This document shows, one piece after another, positions 26,661-39,981 of a DNA stretch of 64,000 nt. How positions within the stretch are numbered: position 1 is the first letter of the stretch; the number at the start of each line of letters is the position of its first letter. A model generated the notes under the pieces. It was not told where the DNA came from. It ran no database searches and saw only the letters and a list, made by a program, of their open reading frames with translations. The position numbers and the translations under genes were made by a program. This stretch comes from Octopus sinensis (lineage: Eukaryota): the NCBI RefSeq assembly GCF_006345805.1, contig NC_043000.1, positions 128,650,001 to 128,714,000 of the forward strand, given 5' to 3'.

Positions 26661-27026
26661 TGTGTGTACGTATGTATGTATATACTTACAAACGTGCCTC
26701 GTATATAGGCCTGCTCAATCAGGGCTGACCTGGGGGCTAGACAACAAGTATTCTCTTCTCTGCCAAATTAGGTATACCTGTCTCTTTCGACGGATGGTAG
26801 ACGTAGTTTAAACAACTAATTTTTGATTACTTCCTATGTACAAGGTTCTATAGAGACTATCAGTCTAGACGATGTGTGAGCGGGTCGAATGTCTTGGTAC
26901 CGAAACAGTGAGTTAGGGTATGTGGAAATGTCTCGGTTTTGGAGTCAGCAGGGTTTTCTCAGAGATAATTCAAGATAGGTGTACACCTTCTATGTATGTA
27001 TGTATGTATGTATGTATGTATGTATT

Positions 27027-27059
<33 letters not shown>

Positions 27060-27224
27060 GCATATATAAATGTATGTATCAATTTTATATATATACGTGT
27101 ATATATATATATGTATGTATGTATATATGTAGGTACGTATGTATGTGTATAAGTATATGCATGTATATATATATATGCACACACGTGAACATATATATAC
27201 ATATATACTCATACCCACATAAAC

Positions 27225-27500
27225 GGATGGATCTCCGTCGGTTTCGACGAGGAGGACTCAGTTGTTCGATCAGTCGCGTGCACATTAACTTAATCTGTAA
27301 AGTGGCTGAATATTCCAGAAACATATTCTCGTAATTATCTGAAAGAATTAGCGTGACACAGTGTGTGTGACAAAGTTTTCTCTTTGAATTACATTGTAAT
27401 CCAACTAATAGACTTCTGTACAGAGTCCGTCCGCGCAATCTGAAGGACACTCCCAATATGTTACACTGAGATCGAACAGAGAACCTCATGGTTGTGAAGC
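27225..27500 (-). mobile_element. SINE family 3 copy, long form (similar copy at ~20090-20430)
   Basis: ATCTCCGTCGGTTTCGACGA...AGCGTGACACAG...GAGATCGAAC, with a tRNA-like head at the right end on the minus strand. Confidence 0.6.
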
Positions 27501-27546
27501 AAACTTCCCAACTATTCGGCTATACTACTACTACTACTACTACTAT

Positions 27547-27577
<31 letters not shown>

Positions 27578-27828
27578 ACTACTACTACTGCTAACATACA
27601 CTCATACACACATGTATGTTATACATACACACAAAAAAACATATCTATATCTACATTGCAACTAAAAGACAAAAACTCCCTCAAGGGAGAAAAACTTCCT
27701 GTAGTGGGAAGACTATGTTTTCTATTTAGGTTGTATGAAAATGTCTTGATTTGGTGTCAGTGGGGTTTTCGAACAGATAATTTCAGATAACTATGTATAT
27801 ATCTTTACACACACACACACACACACAT

Positions 27829-27859
<31 letters not shown>

Positions 27860-27861
27860 CA

Positions 27862-27910
<49 letters not shown>

Positions 27911-28095
27911 TGTATACGGCAGCAAGATCAGTTATTACGTTCGTGGGAATGTCTATTAATCAATGTGCGCGCATATGTATTACTGTACAGGCGTTGGTGA
28001 AAGTGGTTAAACCTGCACTGTTAACTTAGCTCAACCTCTCTTTCCGTCTCTCTATGTCCCTGTGTTTCTGTTTGCCTCTGTCTGTCTGTCTGTCA

Positions 28096-28133
<38 letters not shown>

Positions 28134-28206
28134 ATATATATATATATATAGATAGATAAGAAAGTTTGTTTGGTAAAGCACGTGGGTATATATATATATA
28201 TATATA

Positions 28207-28249
<43 letters not shown>

Positions 28250-28319
28250 GTATGCAAGTTCGTTTGTGTGCGTTTACATGCATATTACATACAGACTCAC
28301 GCGCACACACACAACAACC

Positions 28320-29700
28320 ACTCAGAAACTGTTTTCCCAGAGTTAACATAAAGAATAATGCCTCCCGCAGCCTCTTCCAGTCTGTGAAGCAGAGTAGTGG
28401 CTCCTGCAATCGTAACTGTTATTAGAGCTAAATCATCGGCATAATGTAAATTTGTTATTGTTGAGGGTGGGTATCCGGAATTTCTTGATTTTGTACGGGT
28501 AAAGCTAAGTTTCTTGCTGTTATCTACTGAAGTGCGGAGTGCATAAACAAGAGAGAGAGAGTTTAAATGAGTATGGTATGAGGGTGTCTCCTTGTAAAAC
28601 TCTAGCAAGAATGTCGAAAATGTCTTGATCGAGTGAAAGTACCTTAGCTCGTGTGTTTTGGTGAAGCATCCTTGTTACCGCTACTGTTTCTTGGGGGATT
28701 CCATAGGCTAGTAGAATTCGTTGTGTCTTATTTCTGATTAGAAGGTTTTTGAAGAATCCATAAATATCAAACAGACTAGCAAGAAGATTCTTTGCTTGGA
28801 TGTCCTCTATAATTTGTCTGACTGTTTATACTAAACTATTTTCTTGAGCGGTTCTTTCTTTATCCGTTCTAGTTTATGCGAAGAATTTTCTCGAACTTCG
28901 GTTAGATACGATTGTGTATTGTTATATTAAAGATCTTAGTTGTTATAGCTATTACTGTAACACTCTGGTAATTCTACACTAAATTACATGTTTTAGAGAA
29001 AAGTGCGATAAAACCCTGAGTCCATTTATTGGTTGGATTTTGATTGTAGTCAGAATTGCAATTTGGAGAAGTATTTCATTAGTTGTCCTAGTCTTCAATT
29101 CCAGCGTCTTGATAGCGGCACTGTTGCGCAGAAAGATATCCTGAACAGCATCCTGAGAAGAGCCACTCGGCAAATTGATATTCAGACTCTAATGGAAACA
29201 CTGCAGCCTCGGACCTTTAGGCACGCTTTTCCTCTCTCTGCCTTATCTATTGCAACTATAATGGCTTCCATTCCTTGGCGCAGGCTGGTCTCCTACCTCT
29301 ACCTTTCTTCCAACACCTTCAGCACCGCACTGACCATTAGGCCTAATCCTTTCTTCACAGGGTATTTGTTCTCTGAAATCTTTTCTCTGATAATGGTTTT
29401 TCTTGCTGCTTTGACTGTAACAGTTTAAATGAATCAGTAATAACATCAAGCTCAAGTCTCGGAGCGCCTGCGAGCATCATGGATAATGCATTTTCCTGCA
29501 ACAAGTGTCAACAAGATAGAAAAGAAGAAAGAAACGTCTCAGCCGATGTGTTTTTCCAAGCCAGTGGCATTCCTGATTTCGAGTTTGGTCAGAGTTTCTA
29601 TCCATCTGCTGTGAAGTTTACGCACTTTGATATTCAGTTCGTATTTTATAACAGTTTTTCCAGGCCTGTTAGTGTTGACAAGTTTCCCGCCAAAGCATTC
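28320..29700 (-). mobile_element. RTE-like LINE, inverted 5' segment (linker and RT domain through YADD)
   Basis: Minus strand: (A)WKLVN..., KWTQG...NYQSVT...NRI*P...ILR.N*NG*RKNRS, ILLAYGIP, LQGDTL, YADD (28432-28443), ending at VNSGKT. Confidence 0.85.
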
Positions 29701-30265
29701 TTTAGGATGTCATCTGAAATCAAGAAGCTCAATGAAACCAATGAATTCTATCATGTACCTCGGAAGCGACATAGTGTTTACAGATATTATACTATGTATT
29801 GGTAAAACTTGGACAGGACTTAAAAGTTTCAATATCCTGGCAAAGCTTAAGAGGAACATCCTCAAAGTGATTGAACCTGTGTCTTTTTGAATCCTCTACC
29901 TGGTTACTAATCAAAAATATTGAAAATATATTGGATAGCACCTGTACGCACATGCTTCACGTTATTGTAATTATGAACAGGAAAAACACTTCTCCAAAGG
30001 AAAATTATGCCACTAGGTACATAAAAATATCAGACACATTAGAAAAAGAAGAGTTCGCTGTACTGGGCATTAGTGGGGAAGTAAAGAGGAGCTGGTTAGT
30101 GACGCACTACTTTGGTCAGTCTGTGAAGACAGACATTGCTCATTTAGCAAATAACACTGAATGTCACCGAGAGGAAGTAGCACATGTCATCTAAAAGATG
30201 AGTGGAGGATTAGGGACATGTGAATCCGAGCGAGATCGACCCAATGATGATAACGATGATGACGG
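29700..30265 (+). mobile_element. RTE-like LINE, forward 3' segment with (GAT)n-like tail
   Basis: Plus strand: LKS...MNSIMYLGSDI...IGKTW...KLKRNI...ESSTWLL...LDSTCTHML. This is the region immediately downstream of NxxKT in the RTE ORF. Confidence 0.8.
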
Positions 30266-30320
30266 TAAAGATGATGATGAGGAGATAAATGTATGTGTGT
30301 ATATTTGTTTATCTTCCTAA

Positions 30321-30365
<45 letters not shown>

Positions 30366-30484
30366 GTATGTATGTATGTATGTATGTGTGGATGTATGTT
30401 GTATACATACACACGCATATATTTACATATACTCACATTATATATATATAATGTGAGTATATGTAAATATATGCGTGCGTATGC

Positions 30485-30515
<31 letters not shown>

Positions 30516-31039
30516 ATGCACTCAGACATATATGCACACACACACAAACACACGCACACAACACACACACACACACCCTAATATAATATAATCTATATAT
30601 ATATATATATATTCTCTCTCTCTCTCTCTCTCTTACACACACACTCACATATGTAGACTTACAGACATACTCAGCTTCATACTTATCCATTTTGCTAATG
30701 ACCTTCCTACATTCTCATCCACCTATCAAAACCACCACCTTACCCACCTATCTTAAATAACCAACGCTACAGTAGTTATATACCACACAAGTTCTCTCTC
30801 ATCCCACGTGCCCTGTTTGATGTTTTCCTTACCTATATCTATATCAAAGCTTCGGCTACCGCCCATAGATTCTCTCAAGTGTGGACACTTTCAGTGATCA
30901 GCGTCCTTTCTCCCTCTTACAGCTTCTCAACTAACTTTCTGAGAACAAAGTCAGTCGACATTTTTTCTTTGTGATTTTTCTAAGTTACGTGTTGTATTAC
31001 ACACACATACGTACACACACTCACTCACATACGTTCACT

Positions 31040-31043
31040 TTCT

Positions 31044-31079
<36 letters not shown>

Positions 31080-31089
31080 TCCTTCCTTC

Positions 31090-31120
<31 letters not shown>

Positions 31121-31270
31121 TCCTTCCTTCCTTCCTTCCTTCTTTCTTTCTTTCTTTCTTTCTTTCTTCTTTCTTTCTTCTTTCTTCTTTCTTTACTTTC
31201 TTTCTTTCTTTTCTTTCTTTCTCTCTTTCTTTCTTTCTATCTTTCTTTCTTTCATTCTTTCTTTCTTTCT
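31040..31270. repeat. (TTTC/TTCC)n polypyrimidine tract
   Basis: Directly visible. Confidence 0.95.
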
Positions 31271-32329
31271 CGCTGGCACGCACTTGCACACGCACACACA
31301 CAAATACATTTTCACGGACGTGCATACATAATACAAACACGTACACTGTCTCGATGCGTGTGCGCACATACATATAAATAGCAATATGTGGGTGTGTATG
31401 TGTGTGCGCGCATGTATATACTTAGTATACTTACATATCTACATACATGCGTATATACATGTACCTATACATGCATACATGTGTAGGTTTATGTGTTTCT
31501 GTACGTGAGTGTATAGGTTCCCGAGCAAAACAATGCACTGGAACCCATAGTATTTATTTATTAACAGTAAACCACAGCATACATAGATTAATTACCATTG
31601 GGCTCTTAGCTCCGCGGACCGCCAGGGCAACTGCTCACTGTTCTCAAACCTCTTGTTAGCACTTAAAACAGCTCTCCCTCTCTTTCTCGCTATCTCTCGT
31701 AAATGTTTCTTATTGTACTGGATAGATCATTGCATCAACTTCACGACAGAGAAATTTTAGCCCTGTAAAATGCTTCTCGCTGTTGTTGTTTTCGGCTCTG
31801 ACAGAACAGACTCATGAGTAGCTATTCAAGCCAAGTCTACTCTGTCTTACTAAAGACAAGGATCCACGGTTTCTTTCTGTCTTAAGTCAGTAGAGGAAGA
31901 TCTGGGTGAGTTTGAAATGTTAATTCTAGCAGACTTGGTGTCTTGTGGTATTATAATTCTTAATTTTGAATATATTTTTGTCGTTCTATAAGATATTCAC
32001 AAATATATAGACTTCTTTTTATTAACGCTTTAACAATAGGTGTTTGAGGTGGCAAATTCGGGAGTCGATAGAGCATCGGAAAGAATGTTATTGCGGTATT
32101 CGTTCCGGATGTCTGTGCTGTGTTCAAATCGCACCGAGTTAAGTTTTGCCTATCATTCTTACGTGCTCGATAAATGAAGTACCAGTTCAGGAGGGGGGCT
32201 TGGCAGAGTTATTAGAGCGTCGGACAAGATGCTTTATGGTATTTGCATAAGTTCTTTCTTTTCGTTCTGAATTCAAATCCTACGTGGATACCGGCAGTGA
32301 GAACAATGCATTGTTCCGGCCTTATACAA

Positions 32330-32366
<37 letters not shown>

Positions 32367-32575
32367 TATATTAATGTATGTGTATTTTTTCAATGTGTAC
32401 AAATAACAGGTAAACAATAAATAAATAGTTACCAGTGTAGCAAAAAATTCGCATAAGTACCAAAGATGTAACAGCCAACTTAAAAAATAGAAATTCCAGG
32501 GTTTAGTGAAATGATTTTGTATAACAGATAAATAAAGAAATGGAGTTAAACGCAGGTGTTATTCAACTCTTTATA

Positions 32576-32661
32576 CTACCGACATATGTTTCGAAGAAAA
32601 CATTGGTATTATTCCAGAGGTAATAAAATGATGTAAAACAATGCGATCTTCTCATCAAGGG
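32576..32661 (-). ncRNA. Type I hammerhead motif with C3-to-U change (predicted cut 32581/32580)
   Basis: Minus strand: CCC-TTGATGA-GAAGA...TCTTC-GAAAC-ATAT-GTC-GGTAG. Confidence 0.6.
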
Positions 32662-32730
32662 AAAAAAAAGAAGCAACATCAGGAAGCCATTTTAACCGAA
32701 TGGTTTACTGATGTTGTTTCTCTTTTTCTC

Positions 32731-32814
32731 TCTCTGATGAGAAGATCGCATTGTTTTATCTCATTTTATTCCCTCTGGAATAATACTAGTTTTCTTCGAA
32801 ACATATGTCGGAAG
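32731..32814 (+). ncRNA. Type I hammerhead ribozyme motif, canonical core, GUC site (predicted cut 32809/32810)
   Basis: CTGATGA (32734-40), stem II GAAGA/TCTTC with internal hairpin TTATTCC-CTCT-GGAATAA, GAAAC (32798-802), ATAT cap, GTC. Stem I is weak (TCT/GGA). Confidence 0.7.
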
Positions 32815-32850
32815 TATAAAGATTTGAATAAAACCTGCGTTTAACTCCAT

Positions 32851-32898
<48 letters not shown>

Positions 32899-34074
32899 CT
32901 CTCTATATATGTGGTGTGTGTATCTGTGTATGTATGTATTATGTATGTATGTGTGTGTGCGCGCGCGCATTTGTTTGTGTTTCTTTCCCACCACAGCTTG
33001 ACAACCGTTCGGTTCAGCAAAAAAGAACGATAGAAAGAGATCCCGATAGCATAAATAGTAAGTCTAAAATAAGTACAGACGTTGATTTGTTCGACTAAAC
33101 TCTTCAAGGCGGTGCTCCAGCATGATCGCAATTCAATGACTGAAACAAATAAAAGGTAAAATATTAAATCTACATGTATAATATACAAGCTCTTTTCCGT
33201 CTTTCATTTCATTTCGAGGTTTACGATCCATAAACATTTGTATATTTGAATTTAGATTCCTTAAAATATAATTTCGTTGCTATTATTCAAAAATATCGTA
33301 AGTCTAAAACGTTGCTTTTTCAGAAAACGAAAAAATAGTTTCACCATTCCATAGCAAAACCGTTCTACTACACTTTGACAATTTTCGATTTCTTGGCATC
33401 TTAAGCAGCTGGAGATGCGATACTTTAACCAAAAGAACCTTCTATTGCAAGCAGAAATAAATATTGAAAAAAAAAACGCATTTGGCCAAATTTAACATAA
33501 TAGCAACGATTTATTCTGCTTTTCCTTCAGAATACGGATGGTTTCGTCCTTATCTTCAAAATAGTTTTGCCATTCATTTATATGTCTTCGAAATTGATAT
33601 AATACCCTTTTCCAACTGTTTTGCAATTCATCTTTGTAATGTTCCTTACTTTTCGCCCTGACATTTTGGTTTTATATTATTATAATGAACACCTGCAGTA
33701 GGACATTCCTCTTAAGAAAATCGTCGTTGTTGTTGTTTACCCCAAGCAACCCCTGATCGTAAGTTATATAATGAGTTGAAAGTCTTCTTTCAAATGAGAT
33801 AATCCAAGCAACTGGTTAGTACTAAACATCACTTTAGGAATATTTAAAATGTAAAATCACGAAACAAGGGAGATAATGTTAATAGGATCAGTTGATTGAA
33901 ATTTTTGGACAATATACACAATAAGGACTGGAAAAGATCTTATATTTAAAGCAAACTAATTAAAGTAACGGAGATGTTTGGCTCTTATTAGAAGCATATG
34001 TGTCTGTACACACAGGAATGCACACACACAATATAATATATATATATATATAATATATATATAATATATATATA

Positions 34075-34106
<32 letters not shown>

Positions 34107-34191
34107 TGGTGTGTGTGTGTGTGTGTAGACGTGTATGTATGTACATACATGTATACAGATAGTTATATATATCCACAGGAACACACTTCAC

Positions 34192-34255
<64 letters not shown>

Positions 34256-34996
34256 TATATATATACATGTATACACACATACACGCACACATATGGTGGG
34301 GGATGTAGTGACGCTGATTGTGAATATCAACAATATGGAAAATACATCAAATGAGCATTCTGCACACTAACCCTACCGTATGTGTACTAAATATACAGTA
34401 GAATTACAAGATGTAACCATCTTGCCTTTTTGTTTTGCTTATTTTTTCTTTTTAAACGATGGGACATATTTGGGGAAATTTCAGTTGCTACTTTTAATTG
34501 TTCGAACGAGTATCTAGTGACACCTAGTGACTTTCGTTGTTGTCATAATCGGTACATGAAGATTTCTATTTCTATTTATAGAAAGTTTAGCAGTAGTAAA
34601 GTATTTTGAACATTTATGCAGTGTAGTCTCAATACCGGGATTCGAACCTTCGATCTTTTACCGATTTTCTGATACGATATCCACTCGGCCAGCTGTAAGT
34701 TGATTCCTGTAGAATTTAGTTATGGTCTTTTACGTTCTAAGTTCAAATTCCGCAGAGGTCCATATTTATCATTTCATTCTTTGTGGTTTAGACAAAATAT
34801 AGTAACTTGTCAAGTAATGGCATCGATTTAACATCGTCAATGCACAAAAATATTAATAAGTTTTTCTACTAAAGACAGAAGACCTGCAATTTTGGAGAAA
34901 TGAGGAATAGTCGACTACAACTTATTTTATCGACCTCGAAAGGATGAAATAATAATAGTAATAATAACAACAACAACAATAATAATGATAATAATA

Positions 34997-35134
34997 TTTT
35001 CTACTCTAGGCACAAGGCCCGAAATTTTTGGGGAAGGGCCAGTCAATTAGATCAACTCCAGTACGCAACTGGTACTTAATTTATTGATCCCGAAAGGATG
35101 AAAGGCAAAGTCATCCTCGGCAGAATTTGAACTC
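34997..35134 (-). mobile_element. SINE family 1 copy, 5'-truncated
   Basis: CTACTCTAGGCACAAGGCCCGAAATTTT...GAATTTGAACTC. Confidence 0.85.
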
Positions 35135-36080
35135 AATAATAATAATAATGATGATAATGATGATGGAAATCTGGTTTGTGGAGTCACTTATAACCAGTGT
35201 GAGTTAACTATGTATAATTGTCAATCCACCTATTCAGTTACAACGTAAACAATTTCTTTTCCGCTTTAGAATAGTATATATATATATATATATACATACA
35301 CCCACATAAGCTAAACAATCGATTCGCCTTCAGTTATATACACACACACAACTACACACCCACGTGCTTACATGCAGCAACACCACACGCAAACACACAC
35401 CTATGTACATATACACATGCACACATGCGTACACACTCACTTACACCCACCCACACTATAAACTTATTGTCAGTAGCACGTCCACGCTCCTATACTTTAA
35501 TATACTTCCTTTTATTAAAGAACTGATTGCTCGCTTATTGTTTTCTTGGACAAACTTTCTCTTAGTCGTGAAACCTAATTCTCTCTCTATTTTGTTCTGG
35601 CCACTTGTTCACACACACATACACTCACACACTACACTGTCACACTATACACTAAACAGCAACACTCACACGACATTACAACACTATCTACTATATTACA
35701 ACATTACCTACCTGACTATAATACTACCCACTACACCAAAATACAACCTGACACACTGCAACACTACTCCCACATTGCAGCACTACCCACGACATTATAA
35801 CAGTTTCCACCACACTATAACATTTTCCACCACACTATGATAATACCTTTCACACTACAATATCGCACCTCTTCCCTCTTCAACATCACCCGCCACACTC
35901 TACACTGCAATACTCCTCACCACACAGTAAACGTTATCGTAACATTGCCTACCACGTTGCAACATTATCCATCACACAACAACACTACCCACCACATTAT
36001 AATACTACCCACTACTCTGCAGTATTATTACTCAACACTTATTTTGTAAAAAAAAAGAAGAGATTTCGCATGAGTATATA

Positions 36081-36857
36081 CATATTTATTCTTATTACGT
36101 CTAGGCAGCTTCAGATGCAAAATATGTTTATTGATGTTATTTAGGAGAATAACTTTTCTTTAATGACGAGAGAGCGATTAACTCACATCGAATTCTGGGA
36201 CACCGGTATTTCAACATGCTGTGTCTAGTCAGTCAGCAGCACCCGAACCATTGAGGCTAAACCGAGCCGCTGGCTTTGTTTATGCTTTCAGCGAACAAAT
36301 TGTTTGCTGATCGGTGCTTATATCTGTCATCTGATAAAAAAAAAAAACGTTATTTGCACCGTGATGAGCGAGATCTGGAACGAATATTTGCATATTTATT
36401 CTTAATACGTCGAGTCAAGATCAGATGCAAAATATGCTGGTGGCTGTAGTGTATGTCACGAGAGAATAACTTCTTTCTTTTACAACAATCTGTTCAACGC
36501 TCTCGATTCATTGGTGCAAGGGATTCTGGTACAAAGGTGTCTCGACCGCTGTACACGATGCAAATAGCGATTTTTTTTTATCGGTTGGTCGATAGAAGCA
36601 CCGATCATAAAAAGCAGTTTGTTCGCTGAAAGTATAATCAAAGCCAGCTGCTAGGTTTAGGCTCAATGGTTCATATGCTTAAAGCTGACGAGACACAATA
36701 CATCGAAACACTGATGTCCCAGAATCCTGTGCACCTTTGAGTCAAGTGTGTTAAACATACAGTCGTCGTAAAAAAGAAGTTATTCTCCTGTGACGTTGAG
36801 CATATTTTGCGTCTGAACCTGCATATTTATTAAGAATAAATATGCAAATATTCGTTC
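36081..36857. repeat. Three related units (two minus at ~36081-36349 and ~36378-36567, one plus at ~36568-36857), each with a hammerhead motif
   Basis: Shared CATATTTATTCTTA...CAGATGCAAAATATG...GAGAATAACTT. Plus motif: CTGACGA-GACACAATACATC-GAAAC-ACTGAT-GTC-CCAG (36685-36722). Minus motif: CTGACTA-GACA-CAGCA-TGTT-GAAAT-ACCGGT-GTC-CCAG (36236-36195). Confidence 0.75.
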
Positions 36858-38094
36858 TTATTTTGTAGCCTATTGTTTTATCCCAGTTAAAACCAATAAT
36901 GCTCTCTACAAAAATCTACATTTTTCTATCTTCAACAATCTTTATTGTCGACGGCATATTATTGAATAGTCAAGACTGCATTATAATACTTATGTATCTA
37001 TGTCAGAAAATTCTCTATACAAAGACTAAATACATTCTTCACCAGACAATACCTCACACATGAGAAATTCATCGTATCTAGAATACCGCTTGTTTGATAA
37101 GAACACTCCACTAATCAACATTTCATAACTTCTGAATACAGTCTATCCTCCCAACAACGGTCTTTGCTCTTTTGTAGTTGCTGAGTGTGTACATTCCTCC
37201 ACAGTTTTCCTATTGTCTCTTCTGTTATCACTCGTCTCAAATCTCATTGTTAACTCTTTTTTCTTCGTTAGGTCCTTCCCACAGAACGTTCTCAATCACT
37301 TCCGTCTAACACTATTCGGCTATTATTGTTGCTAGCTCTCTCACACGACTCAAAACTGTGTCTTTAGATTCACTTTTGGTACATCTTTGGCAATAATGTT
37401 TGTTAATTAATTCCCTGCATCCTATTATTTTCCAATACAAAAAACATAGGTTTAAAGTTAGAACGTTTCATGTTGATGAAGTAAAATAGTGCTATTGCTA
37501 AAATATGAAGGATGTATTGTGTGTGTGTGAGAGAGAGGGGGAGGGAGAGGAGTCAACCACCACGTTCATCCAGTTACTAAGCTGTCCTAATTTCAAACGA
37601 ATATTTTTGAAGTGAAGAATATTCTTGATTGGAATGGAATGCTAAGTTATGATGCCAGATATGGTGATGGAGTTCGTGTTGCTTCTGTTGATCAGCCATG
37701 GTTTAAAATAAAAATCCAGACAAATAGTATTAAGTATCTTGTCTAAGGACATATGTAATTCAACACCTAGAAGGGGATATATAATCTCATAACCATCTGC
37801 AAAGTGTTTATGATAAAACATTCACCCACAAACGTCAAATCTACTCGACACGCTAGCAGTTCAGCCAGGTGCCTCTTCAACAGTCCATGAAGAATTGAAA
37901 AATAATATTGTTTACTCTAATAATAAAGAAAAAAAGTACCATGTTACGCAACTATATTGATTTTAATATTCTGGTGATCCCAGTGCACTTCAGAACATCG
38001 GGAAATATTTTAATATAAATTACTTAAACAGACTTCTCCCTCCACCTCTCTCTCTTTCACTCTCTCTCTCTCCTCTCACAGTTCTCCAACACGA

Positions 38095-38215
38095 TGTGGA
38101 AGGCACGTAGTCTAGTGATTAGGGTGTTGGGCTTGCGGTTGTGGGTTCAAATCTTCGACTGGGTGACGCGTTGTGTCCTTGCTCCAGTTCTCTCAGCTGT
38201 AAATGAGTACCAGCA
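38095..38215 (+). mobile_element. SINE family 3 copy
   Basis: A-box-like GTAGTCTAGTGATTAGG, B box GGTTCAAATC, then GTTGTGTCCTTG and CAGCTGTAAATGAGTACC. Confidence 0.65.
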
Positions 38216-39896
38216 GCAATTGAGAGGAGTCGGTTTGATCTTCTAAAGGACTGCCAGACAATTTAATGTTAAAGACAGACTACATTTTAACTCATTACAC
38301 GATGTCTAATATATAGTTAGTGATAATTTGCTTTATTCATCAATCACCCAAATTTCCTTTTGGTTACTAAAATGGATAGCACAAGAAGAGAGGCCTATCA
38401 AAAATTTTAAGACATTTATGTTTTCCATAATGAAATAAATTCTTAATCACAGATGTTTCCATCCTTATTAGCGAGTCTCATACCGTGGAGGCGAACTTCA
38501 TGGCTATTCAAGCCCGTAGCCTATTTTTGGCTGTCAGACAAATACGTTTAATTTTTAAATTCGTCACTGATATCCCTGAGAGATGACTTCCTATTTCCTC
38601 CTTTGTAAAATATTAGGAATCATACCTAGAACTTATGACGAATAATTTAGTAGAGAGATGTCATATGTCATGAGGACTCCCACTGTTACGCAACATAAAC
38701 ATGGAAATCTTGAATGGGGCCTCAAAAACTCAACTCATTAATGGACATTATTACTTTCTCCTAACAATACATTATTTGTTTCACCTAACATATTTCCCAA
38801 CTATTTAGTATACTATCGACTCTTAATATTGTTTTCTCACGGTTTTGTTATAATAATGTGAGGACATTTGGTGCTAGTGAGAGTTGAGCTTGCTTGGAAA
38901 GTAAATTGATTTGAGGTCGTGTGTTGAAAATGAAACACAACTATAGAAGAGTTACGACAGTAATTTATAATTCACGTTCTTACTGTTATTTTTAGTTTTG
39001 TTTTTTTTTCTTTGATTGTATTGTATACGATGAAGTGTCAAAACATTTCGTCGATTAACTATCGCCTGGTTTTATACACATATTCTTGGCGTTGAAGTAT
39101 TTTCGTAGTGACCAGAGTGTAGATTGTACGATGAATCATTTTAACACTTTATAGTAAACAATACTATCAAGAAATAGGACAAAAAGGTAATATAACAATA
39201 GATATGATTGGTAGCTTTATTATAATCATCATCGTCGATGTCGGCGTCGTTATCATCATAATCATCATAACAAGAATAACAGCAGCAGCAGCAACAACAA
39301 CGACGACGACAACAACAACAGAAACAATAACAACAACAACAACGACAACAAACAACACTAACAACAACATTTGGGGTTTTAATAATTCACCTCTGGCAAC
39401 ATGGGCGTTGCGTTTATAATTCTTAAACAACACTTATTCAGAGACCTTTTGACCGTGATGGGCTACTCGACCTGAAGAAAATTCTAACTGGGCCCCACTT
39501 ACAAGGTCATGATAAATACGACAGCCAAGTATCTTCCATGTTAAACTCAAGCATCTTTAAAAGTTAAGAACACATTAAATAATAAAGTCTTGGCCATCCT
39601 TGAATTTAGGAAATCCCATTGACTTTTGTTAACCAGCAGTTATGCCGTTCATCCTTTCGAGTTCGGAGTTCGATGAAAAAAACAAACAAACCAGGTACTA
39701 ATTTAGGGCGATGAAGCTGGAAGGTCAGTTGGAGAAGAGGTAACTGCACCGGTTCTCTACTTCCTAGCAACAAAGCTTTCTATGACACTATTGCTAAATT
39801 GTACCAGCCCTAAAGCAGCGGATTTTCTCTTTGGACAATATTGGTGGCGTAGGCGGAGGTAACTTGAATGCATGATCAACCACCAGTCCTCGACAC

Positions 39897-39981
<85 letters not shown>

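Larger units (their letters stand above)
32538..32852. mobile_element. 315-bp near-perfect palindrome (7-nt loop at 32692-32698) carrying two outward-facing type I hammerhead motifs
   Basis: Left arm 32538-32691 and right arm 32699-32852 are reverse complements with scattered mismatches. Confidence 0.9.
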
